A program made the position numbers and the translations under genes. Shown piece by piece: positions 52,401 through 64,000 of a DNA stretch of 64,000 nucleotides; position 1 is the stretch's first letter, and the number at the start of each line of letters is the position of its first letter. This DNA comes from Balanoglossus misakiensis (Eukaryota > Animalia > Hemichordata), in NCBI GenBank assembly GCA_040954595.2, contig CM082590.2:806001-870000 (forward strand). Direction: 5' to 3'. Under the pieces are notes generated by a model. The model had not been told where the DNA came from and did no database searches. It worked only from the letters and a program-made list of their open reading frames with translations.

Positions 52401-55400
52401 TTATGCGCATCACAACAGAATTTTGTAAACAAACGAAGCTGTTTGGAAGCAACCATGGAAATTTTAGAACTATCCGTCGATCTACTGAGTCTAGTGGAAA
52501 ACTTTCTTATGCGCATTGGCCTATCATGTGTTATGCGCATCGCAACAGAAATCGGTAAACAAACGAGGCTTTGTTTGGAAGCAACCATGGAAACTTTAGA
52601 TCTATCCGTCGATCTACAGGGTCTAGTGGATAACTTTCTTATGCGCATAGGCTTATCATGTGTTATGCGCATCACAACAGAATTATGTAAACAAATGAGG
52701 CTGTTTGGAAGCAACCATGGAAATTTTAGAACTATCCGTCGATCTACAGAGTCTAGTGGATAACTTTCTTATGCGCATAGACCTATCATGTGTTATGCGC
52801 ATCACTACAGAATTTTGTAAACAAACGAGGCTTTGTTTGGAAGCAACCATGGAAATTTTAGAACCATCCGTCGATCTACAGAGTCTAGTGGAAAACTTTC
52901 TTATGCGCATTGGCCTATCATGTGTTATGCGCATCACAACAGAATTTTGTAAACGAACGAGGCTTTGTTTGGAAGCAACCATGGAAATTTTAGAACTATC
53001 CGTCGATCTACAGAGTCTAGTGGAAAACTTTCTTATGCGCATTAGCCTATCATGTGTTATGCGCATCACAACAGAATTTTGTAAACGAATGAGGCTTTGT
53101 TTGGAAGCAACCATGGAAATTTTTTGAACTATCCGTCGATCTACAGAGTCTAGTGGAAAACTTTCTTATGCGCATTAGCCTATCATGTGTTATGCGCATC
53201 ACTACAGAATTTTGTAAACAAACGAGGCTTTGTTTGGAAGCAACCATGGAAATTTTAGAACTATCCGTCGATCTACAGGGTCTAGTGGATAACTTTCTTA
53301 TGCGCATAGGCTTATCATGTGTTATGCGCATCATAACAGAATTATGTAAACAAATGAGGCTGTTTGGAAGCAACCATGGAAATTTTAGAACTATCCGTCG
53401 ATCTACACAGTCTAGTGGAAAACTTTCTGATGCGCATTGGCCTATCATGTGTTATGCGCATCACAACAGAATTTTGTAAAAAACGAGGCTTTGTTTGGAA
53501 GCAACCATGGAAATTTTAGAACTATCTGTCGATCTACAGAGTCTAGTGGATAACTTTCTTATGCGCATAGGCTTATCATGTGTTATGCGCATCACAACAG
53601 AATTTTGTAAACAAATGAGGCTGTTTGGAAGCAACCATTGAAATTTTAGAACTATCCGTCGATCTACAGAGTCTAGTGGAAAACTTTCTGATGCGCATAG
53701 GCCTATCATGTGTTCCGCGCCTCACAACAGAAATCGGTAAATAAACGAGGCTGTTTGGAAGCAACCATGGAAATTTTAGAACTATTCGTCGATCTACAGA
53801 GTCTAGTGGATAACTTTCTTATGCGCATAGGCCTATCATGTGTTATGCGCATCACAACAGAATTTTGTAAACAAACGAAGCCGTTTGGAAGCAACCATGG
53901 AAATTTTAGAACTATCCGTCGATCTACAGAGTCTAGTGGATAACTTCCTTATGCGCATAGACCTATCATGTGTTATGCGCATCACTACAGAATTTTGTAA
54001 ACAAACGAGGCTTTGTTTGGAAGCAACCATGGAAATTTTAGAACCATCCGTCGATCTACAGAGTCTAGTGGAAAACTTTCTTATGCGCATTGGCCTATCA
54101 TGTGTTATGCGCATCACAACAGAATTTTGTAAACAAACGAGGCTTTGTTTGGAAGTAACCATGGAAATTTTAGAACTATCCGTCGATCTACAGAGTCTAG
54201 TGGAAAACTTTCTTATGCGCATTGGCCTATCATGTGTTATGCGCATCACAACAGAATTTTGTAAACAAACGAGGCTTTGTTTGGAAGCAACCATGGAAAT
54301 TTTAGAACTATCCGTCGATCTACATAGTCTAGTGGAAAATTTCTTATGCGCATTAGCCTATCATGTGTTATGCGCATCACAACAGAATTTTGTAAACAAA
54401 CGAGGCTTTGTTTGGAAGCAACCATGGAAATTTTAGAACTATCCGTCGATCTACAGGGTCTAGTGGATAACTTTCTTATGCGCATAGGCTTAACATGTGT
54501 TATGCGCATCACAACAGAATTATGTAAACAAATGAGGCTGTTTGGAAGCAACCATGGAAATTTTAGAACTATCCGTCGATCTACAGAGTCTAGTAGAAAA
54601 CTTTCTGAAGCGCATTGGCCTATCATGTGTTATGCGCATCACAACAGAATTTTGTAAAATACGAGGCTTTGTTTGGAAGCAACCATGGAAATTTTAGAAC
54701 TATCCGTCGATCTACAGAGTCTAGTGGATAACTTTCTTATGCGCATAGGCTTATCATGTGTTATGCGCATCACAACAGAATTTTGTTAACAAATGAGGCT
54801 GTTTGGAAGCAACCATGGAAATTTTAGAACTATCCGTCGATCTACAGAGTCTAGTGGAAAACTTTCTGATGCGCATTGGCCTATCATGTGTTATGCGCAT
54901 CACAACAGAATTTTGTATAAAACGAGGCTTTGTTTGGAAGCAACCATGGAAATTTTAGAATTATCCGTCGATCTACAGGGTCTAGTGGATAACTTTCTTA
55001 TGCGCATAGGCCTATCATGTGTTCTGCGCCTCACAACAGAAATCGGTAAATAAACGAGGCTGTTTGGAAGCAACCATGGACATTTTAGAACTATTCGTCG
55101 ATCTACAGAGTGTAGTGGATAACTTTCTTATGCGCATAGGCCTATTATGTGTTATGCGCATCACAACAGAATTTTGTAAACAAATGAGGCTGTTTGGAAA
55201 CAACCATGGAAATTTTAGAACTATCCGTCGATCTACAGAGTCTAGTGGAAAACTTTCTGATGCGCATAGGCCTATCATGTGTTCTGCGCCTCACAACAGA
55301 AATCGGTAAATAAACGAGGCTGTTTGGAAGCAACCCTGGAAATTTTAGAACTATCCGTCGATCTACAGAGTCTAGTGGGTAACTTTCTTATGCGCATAGG

Positions 55401-58400
55401 CTTATCATGTGTTATGCGCATCATAACAGAATTATGTAAACAAATGAGGCTGTTTGGAAGCAACCATGGAAATTTTAGAACTATCCGTCGATCTACACAG
55501 TCTAGTGGAAAACTTTCTGATGCGCATTGGCCTATCATGTGTTATGCGCATCACAACAGAATTTTGTAAAAAACGAGGCTTTGTTTGGAAGCAACCATGG
55601 AAATTTTAGAACTATCTGTCGATCTACAGAGTCTAGTGGATAACTTTCTTATGCGCATAGGCTTATCATGTGTTATGCGCATCACAACAGAATTTTGTAA
55701 ACAAATGAGGCTGTTTGGAAGCAACCATGGAAATTTTAGAACTATCCGTCGATCTACAGAGTCTAGTGGAAAACTTTCTGATGCGCATTGGCCTATCATG
55801 TGTTATGCGCATCACAACAGAATTTTGTATAAAACGAGGCTTTGTTTGGAAGCAACCATGGAAATTTTAGAATTATCCGTCGATCTACAGGGTCTAGTGG
55901 ATAACTTTCTTATGCGCATAGGCCTATCATGTGTTCTGCGCCTCACAACAGAAATCGGTAAATAAACGAGGCTGTTTGGAAGCAACCATGGACATTTTAG
56001 AACTATTCGTCGATCTACAGAGTCTAGTGGATAACTTTCTTATGCGCATAGGCCTATTATGTGTTATGCGCATCACAACAGAATTTTGTAAACAAATGAG
56101 GCTGTTTGGAAACAACCATGGAAATTTTAGAACTATCCGTCGATCTACAGAGTCTAGTGGAAAACTTTCTGATGCGCATAGGCCTATCATGTGTTCTGCG
56201 CCTCACAACAGAAATCGGTAAATAAACGAGGCTGTTTGGAAGCAACCATGGAAATTTTAGAACTATCCGTCGATCTACAGGGTCTAGTGGATAACTTTCT
56301 TATGCGCATAGGCTTATCATGTGTTATGCGCATCACAACAGAATTTTGTTAACAAATGAGGCTGTTTGGAAGCAACCATGGGAATTTTAGAACTATCCGT
56401 CGATCTACAGAGTCTAGTGGAAAACTTTCTGATGCGCATTGGCCTATCATGTGTTATGCGCATCACAACAGAATTTTGTATAAAACGAGGCTTTGTTTGG
56501 AAGCAACCATGGAAATTTTAGAATTATCCGTCGATCTACAGGGTCTAGTGGATAACTTTCTTATGCGCATAGGCCTATCATGTGTTCTGCGCCTCACAAC
56601 AGAAATCGGTAAATAAACGAGGCTGTTTGGAAGCAACCATGGACATTTTAGAACTATTCGTCGATCTACAGAGTCTAGTGGATAACTTTCTTATGCGCAT
56701 AGGCCTATTATGTGTTATGCGCATCACAACAGAATTTTGTAAACAAATGAGGCTGTTTGGAAACAACCATGGAAATTTTAGAACTATCCGTCGATCTTCA
56801 GAGTCTAGTGGAAAACTTTCTGATGCGCATAGGCCTATCATGTGTTCTGCGCCTCACAACAGAAATCGGTAAATAAACGAGGCTGTTTGGAAGCAACCCT
56901 GGAAATTTTAGAACTATCCGTCGATCTACAGAGTCTAGTGGATAACTTTCTTATGCGCATAGGCTTATCATGTGTTATGCGCATCATAACAGAATTATGT
57001 AAACAAATGAGGCTGTTTGGAAGCAACCATGGAAATTTTAGAACTATCCGTCGATCTACACAGTCTAGTGGAAAACTTTCTGATGCGCATTGGCCTATCA
57101 TGTGTTATGCGCATCACAACAGAATTTTGTAAAAAACGAGGCTTTGTTTGGAAGCAACCATGGAAATTTTAGAACTATCTGTCGATCTACAGAGTCTAGT
57201 GGATAACTTTCTTATGCGCATAGGCTTATCATGTGTTATGCGCATCACAGCAGAATTTTGTAAACAAATGAGGCTGTTTGGAAGCAACCATGGAAATTTT
57301 AGAACTATCCGTCGATCTACAGAGTCTAGTGGAACACTTTCTGATGCGCATTGGCCTATCATGTGTTCTGCGCCTCACAACAGAAATCGGTAAATAAACG
57401 AGGCTGTTTGGAAGCAGCCATGGAAATTTTAGAACTATTCGTCGATCTACAGAGTCTAGTGGATAACTTTCTTATGCGCATAGGCCTATCATGTGTTATG
57501 CGCATCACAACAGAATTTTGTAAACAAACGAAGCCGTTTGGAAGCAACCATGGAAATTTTAGAACTATCCGTCGATCTACAGAGTCTAGTGGATAACTTC
57601 CTTATGCGCATAGACCTATCATGTGTTATGCGCATCACTACAGAATTTTGTAAACAAACGAGGCTTTGTTTGGAAGCAACCATGGAAATTTTAGAACCAT
57701 CCGTCGATCTACAGAGTCTAGTGGAAAACTTTCTTATGCGCATTGGCCTATCATGTGTTATGCGCATCACAACAGAATTTTGTAAACAAACGAGGCTTTG
57801 TTTGGAAGCAACCATGGAAATTTTAGAACTATCCGTCGATCTACAGAGTCTAGTGGAAAATTTCTTATGCGCATTAGCCTATCATGTGTTATGCGCATCA
57901 CAACAGAATTTTGTAAACAAACGAGGCTTTGTTTGGAAGCAACCATGGAAATTTTAGAACTATCCGTCGATCTACAGGGTCTAGTGGATAACTTTCTTAT
58001 GCGCATAGGCTTATCATGTGTTATGCGCATCACAGCAGAATTTTGTAAACAAATGAGGCTGTTTGGAAGCAACCATGGAAATTTTAGAACTATCCGTCGA
58101 TCTACAGAGTCTAGTGGAACACTTTCTGATGCGCATTGGCCTATCATGTGTTCTGCGGCTCACAACAGAAATCGGTAATAAAACGAGGCTGTTTGGAAGC
58201 AACCATGGAAATTTTAGAACTATTCGTCGATCTACAGAGTCTAGTGGATAACTTTCTTATGCGCATAGGCCTATCATGTGTTATGCGCATCACAACAGAA
58301 ATTTGTAAACAAACGAAGCCGTTTGGAAGCAACCATGGAAATTTTAGAACTATCCGTCGATCTACAGAGTCTAGTGGATAACTTCCTTATGCGCATAGAC

Positions 58401-61400
58401 CTATCATGTGTTATGCGCATCACTACAGAATTTTGTAAACAAACGAGGCTTTGTTTGGAAGCAACCATGGAAATTTTAGAACCATCCGTCGATCTACAGA
58501 GTCTAGTGGAAAACTTTCTTATGCGCATTGGCCTATCATGTGTTATGCGCATCACAACAGAATTTTGTAAACAAACGAGGCTTTGTTTGGAAGCAACCAT
58601 GGAAATTTTAGAACTATCCGTCGATCTACAGAGTCTAGTGGAAAACTTTCTTATGCGCATTGGCCTATCATGTGTTATGCGCATCACAACAGAATTTTGT
58701 AAACAAACGAGGCTTTGTTTGGAAGCAACCATGGAAATTTTAGAACTATCCGTCGATCTACAGAGTCTAGTGGAAAATTTCTTATGCGCATAGACCTATC
58801 ATGTGTTATGCGCATCACTACAGAATTTTGTAAACAAACGAGGCTTTGTTTGGAAGCAACCATGGAAATTTTAGAACTATCCGTCGATCTACACAGTCTA
58901 GTGGAAAACTTTCTTATGCGCATTGGCCTATCATGTGTTATGCGCATCACAACAGAATTTTGTAAACAAACGAGGCTTTGTTTGGAAGCAACCATGGAAA
59001 TTTTAGAACTATCCGTCGATCTACAGAGTCTAGTGGATAACTTTCTTATGCGCATAGGCTTATCATGTGTTATGCGCATCATAACAGAATTATGTAAACA
59101 AATGAGGCTGTTTGGAAGCAACCATGGAAATTTTAGAACTATCCGTCGATCTACACAGTCTAGTGGAAAACTTTCTGATGCGCATTGGCCTATCATGTGT
59201 TATGCGCATCACAACAGAATTTTGTAAAAAACGAGGCTTTGTTTGGAAGCAACCATGGAAATTTTAGAACTATCTGTCGATCTACAGAGTCTAGTGGATA
59301 ACTTTCTTATGCGCATAGGCTTATCATGTGTTATGCGCATCACAGCAGAATTTTGTAAACAAATGAGGCTGTTTGGAAGCAACCATGGAAATTTTAGAAC
59401 TATCCGTCGATCTACAGAGTCTAGTGGAACACTTTCTGATGCGCATTGGCCTATCATGTGTTCTGCGCCTCACAACAGAAATCGGTAAATAAACGAGGCT
59501 GTTTGGAAGCAACCATGGAAATTTTAGAACTATTCGTCGATCTACAGAGTCTAGTGGATAACTTTCTTATGCGCATAGGCCTATCATGTGTTATGCGCAT
59601 CACAACAGAATTTTGTAAACAAACGAAGCCGTTTGGAAGCAACCATGGAAATTTTAGAACTATCCGTCGATCTACAGAGTCTAGTGGATAACTTCCTTAT
59701 GCGCATAGACCTATCATGTGTTATGCGCATCACTACAGAATTTTGTAAACAAACGAGGCTTTGTTTGGAAGCAACCATGGAAATTTTAGAACCATCCGTC
59801 GATCTACAGAGTCTAGTGGAAAACTTTCTTATGCGCATTGGCCTATCATGTGTTATGCGCATCACAACAGAATTTTGTAAACAAACGAGGCTTTGTTTGG
59901 AAGCAACCATGGAAATTTTAGAACTATCCGTCGATCTACAGAGTCTAGTGGAAAACTTTCTTATGCGCATTGGCCTATCATGTGTTATGCGCATCACAAC
60001 AGAATTTTGTAAACAAACGAGGCTTTGTTTGGAAGCAACCATGGAAATTTTAGAACTATCCGTCGATCTACAGAGTCTAGTGGAAAATTTCTTATGCGCA
60101 TTAGCCTATCATGTGTTATGCGCATCACAACAGAATTTTGTAAACAAACGAGGCTTTGTTTGGAAGCAACCATGGAAATTTTAGAACTATCCGTCGATCT
60201 ACAGGGTCTAGTGGATAACTTTCTTATGCGCATAGGCTTATCATGTGTTATGCGCATCACAACAGAATTTTGTTAACAAATGAGGCTGTTTGGAAGCAAC
60301 CATGGAAATTTTAGAACTATCCGTCGATCTACAGAGTCTAGTGGAAAACTTTCTGATGCGCATTGGCCTATCATGTGTTATGCGCATCACAACAGAATTT
60401 TGTAAAATACGAGGCTTTGTTTGGAAGCAACCATGGAAATTTTAGAACTATCCGTCGATCTACAGAGTCTAGTGGATAACTTTCTTATGCGCATAGGCTT
60501 ATCATGTGTTATGCGCATCACAACAGAATTTTGTTAACAAATGAGGCTGTTTGGAAGCAACCATGGAAATTTTAGAACTATCCGTCGATCTACAGAGTCT
60601 AGTGGAAAACTTTCTGATGCGCATTGGCCTATCATGTGTTATGCGCATCACAACAGAATTTTGTATAAAACGAGGCTTTGTTTGGAAGCAACCATGGAAA
60701 TTTTAGAATTATCCGTCGATCTACAGGGTCTAGTGGATAACTTTCTTATGCGCATAGGCCTATCATGTGTTCTGCGCCTCACAACAGAAATCGGTAAATA
60801 AACGAGGCTGTTTGGAAGCAACCATGGACATTTTAGAACTATTCGTCGATCTACAGAGTCTAGTGGATAACTTTCTTATGCGCATAGGCCTATTATGTGT
60901 TATGCGCATCACAACAGAATTTTGTAAACAAATGAGGCTGTTTGGAAACAACCATGGAAATTTTAGAACTATCCGTCGATCTACAGAGTCTAGTGGAAAA
61001 CTTTCTGATGCGCATAGGCCTATCATGTGTTCTGCGCCTCACAACAGAAATCGGTAAATAAACGAGGCTGTTTGGAAGCAACCCTGGAAATTTTAGAACT
61101 ATCCGTCGATCTACAGAGTCTAGTGGATAACTTTCTTATGCGCATAGGCTTATCATGTGTTATGCGCATCATAACAGAATTATGTAAACAAATGAGGCTG
61201 TTTGGAAGCAACCATGGAAATTTTAGAACTATCCGTCGATCTACACAGTCTAGTGGAAAACTTTCTTATGCGCATAGGCCTATCATGTGTTCTGCGCCTC
61301 ACAACAGAAATCGGTAAATAAACGAGGCTGTTTGGAAGCAACCCTGGAAATTTTAGAACTATCCGTCGATCTACAGAGTCTAGTGGATAACTTTCTTATG

Positions 61401-64000
61401 CGCATAGGCTTATCATGTGTTATGCGCATCATAACAGAATTATGTAAACAAATGAGGCTGTTTGGAAGCAACCATGGAAATTTTAGAACTATCCGTCGAT
61501 CTACACAGTCTAGTGGAAAACTTTCTGATGCGCATTGGTCTATCATGTGTTATGCGCATCACAACAGAATTTTGTAAAAAACGAGGCTTTGTTTGGAAGC
61601 AACCATGGAAATTTTAGAACTATGTGTCGATCTACAGAGTCTAGTGGATAACTTTCTTATGCGCATAGGCTTATCATGTGTTATGCGCATCACAGCAGAA
61701 TTTTGTAAACAAATGAGGCTGTTTGGAAGCAACCATGGAAATTTTAGAACTATCCGTCGATCTACAGAGTCTAGTGGAACACTTTCTGATGCGCATTGGC
61801 CTATCATGTGTTCTGCGCCTCACAACAGAAATCGGTAAATAAACGAGGCTGTTTGGAAGCAACCATGGAAATTTTAGAACTATTCGTCGATCTACAGAGT
61901 CTAGTGGATAACTTTCTTATGCGCATAGGCCTATCATGTGTTCTGCGCCTCACAACAGAAATCGGTAAATAAACGAGGCTGTTTGGAAGCAACCCTGGAA
62001 ATTTTAGAACTATCCGTCGATCTACAGAGTCTAGTGGATAACTTTCTTATGCGCATAGGCTTATCATGTGTTATGCGCATCATAACAGAATTATGTAAAC
62101 AAATGAGGCTGTTTGGAAGCAACCATGGAAATTTTAGAACTATCCGTCGATCTACACAGTCTAGTGGAAAACTTTCTGATGCGCATTGGTCTATCATGTG
62201 TTATGCGCATCACAACAGAATTTTGTAAAAAACGAGGCTTTGTTTGGAAGCAACCATGGAAATTTTAGAACTATGTGTCGATCTACAGAGTCTAGTGGAT
62301 AACTTTCTTATGCGCATAGGCTTATCATGTGTTATGCGCATCACAGCAGAATTTTGTAAACAAATGAGGCTGTTTGGAAGCAACCATGGAAATTTTAGAA
62401 CTATCCGTCGATCTACAGAGTCTAGTGGAACACTTTCTGATGCGCATTGGCCTATCATGTGTTCTGCGCCTCACAACAGAAATCGGTAAATAAACGAGGC
62501 TGTTTGGAAGCAACCATGGAAATTTTAGAACTATTCGTCGATCTACAGAGTCTAGTGGATAACTTTCTTATGCGCATAGGCCTATCATGTGTTATGCGCA
62601 TCACAACAGAATTTTGTAAACAAACGAAGCCGTTTGGAAGCAACCATGGAAATTTTAGAACTATCCGTCGATCTACAGAGTCTAGTGGATAACTTCCTTA
62701 TGCGCATAGACCTATCATGTGTTATGCGCATCACTACAGAATTTTGTAAACAAACGAGGCTTTGTTTGGAAGCAACCATGGAAATTTTAGAACCATCCGT
62801 CGATCTACAGAGTCTAGTGGAAAACTTTCTTATGCGCATTGGCCTATCATGTGTTATGCGCATCACAACAGAATTTTGTAAACAAACGAGGCTTTGTTTG
62901 GAAGCAACCATGGAAATTTTAGAACTATCCGTCGATCTACAGAGTCTAGTGGATAACTTTCTTATGCGCATAGGCTTATCATGTGTTATGCGCATCATAA
63001 CAGAATTATGTAAACAAATGAGGCTGTTTGGAAGCAACCATGGAAATTTTAGAACTATCCGTCGATCTACACAGTCTAGTGGAAAACTTTCTGATGCGCA
63101 TTGGCCTATCATGTGTTATGCGCATCACAACAGAATTTTGTAAAAAACGAGGCTTTGTTTGGAAGCAACCATGGAAATTTTAGAACTATCTGTCGATCTA
63201 CAGAGTCTAGTGGATAACTTTCTTATGCGCATAGGCTTATCATGTGTTATGCGCATCACAGCAGAATTTTGTAAACAAATGAGGCTGTTTGGAAGCAACC
63301 ATGGAAATTTTAGAACTATCCGTCGATCTACAGAGTCTAGTGGAACACTTTCTGATGCGCATTGGCCTATCATGTGTTCTGCGCCTCACAACAGAAATCG
63401 GTAAATAAACGAGGCTGTTTGGAAGCAACCATGGAAATTTTAGAACTATTCGTCGATCTACAGAGTCTAGTGGATAACTTTCTTATGCGCATAGGCCTAT
63501 CATGTGTTATGCGCATCACAACAGAATTTTGTAAACAAACGAAGCCGTTTGGAAGCAACCATGGAAATTTTAGAACTATCCGTCGATCTACAGAGTCTAG
63601 TGGATAACTTCCTTATGCGCATAGACCTATCATGTGTTATGCGCATCACTACAGAATTTTGTAAACAAACGAGGCTTTGTTTGGAAGCAACCATGGAAAT
63701 TTTAGAACCATCCGTCGATCTACAGAGTCTAGTGGAAAACTTTCTGATGCGCATTGGTCTATCATGTGTTATGCGCATCACAACAGAATTTTGTAAAAAA
63801 CGAGGCTTTGTTTGGAAGCAACCATGGAAATTTTAGAACTATCTGTCGATCTACAGAGTCTAGTGGATAACTTTCTTATGCGCATAGGCTTATCATGTGT
63901 TATGCGCATCACAACAGAATTTTGTAAACAAATGAGGCTGTTTGGAAGCAACCATGGAAATTTTAGAACTATCCGTCGATCTACAGAGTCTAGTGGAAAA
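46500..64000 (+). repeat. Satellite DNA array of 130/131/132-bp monomers (~134 units in window) with higher-order structure; continues past window end
   Basis: Consensus ggaagcaaccatggaaattttagaactatccgtcgatctacagagtctagtggaaaactttcttatgcgcattggcctatcatgtgttatgcgcatcacaacagaattttgtaaacaaacgaggct(tt)gttt. The first monomers (46500-46700) are the most diverged. Confidence 0.98.

Noticed and set aside
46456-63836. Well over a hundred short ORFs (MEILELSVDL..., MVASKQ...)
   Set aside because: These are translations of the satellite. Monomers of 130/131 bp shift frame, and no coding signal is evident.
46500-64000. CRISPR array or hammerhead-ribozyme satellite
   Set aside because: There are no unique spacers, the context is eukaryotic, and I found no CUGANGA...GAAA core on either strand of the monomer.

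Overview
This is AT-rich eukaryotic DNA, probably from a marine invertebrate (inferred from the repeat types). It contains no intact conventional gene, and most ORF-track entries are artefacts of repeats. The window has three zones. (1) 1-41748 is one giant palindrome: left arm 1-19156 (running off the window edge), a ~0.9-kb unique spacer, and right arm 20281-41748. The arms are near-identical but differ by arm-specific transposon insertions and tandem-repeat copy numbers. Each arm carries promoter-like motifs near the centre and splice-site-flanked exons reading outward, including a tandem array of 117-nt exon cassettes with a recurrent in-frame TGA. A 3.9-kb element with ~830-bp TIRs and a 6-bp TSD (IS3EU-like) sits in the right arm only and carries a decayed non-LTR reverse transcriptase instead of a transposase. 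(2) 41749-46500 is a repeat-rich linker with nested TTAA-type (Kolobok-like) elements. (3) ~46500-64000 is a 130-132-bp satellite array with layered higher-order repeats, including a 4313-bp (~33-mer) duplication.
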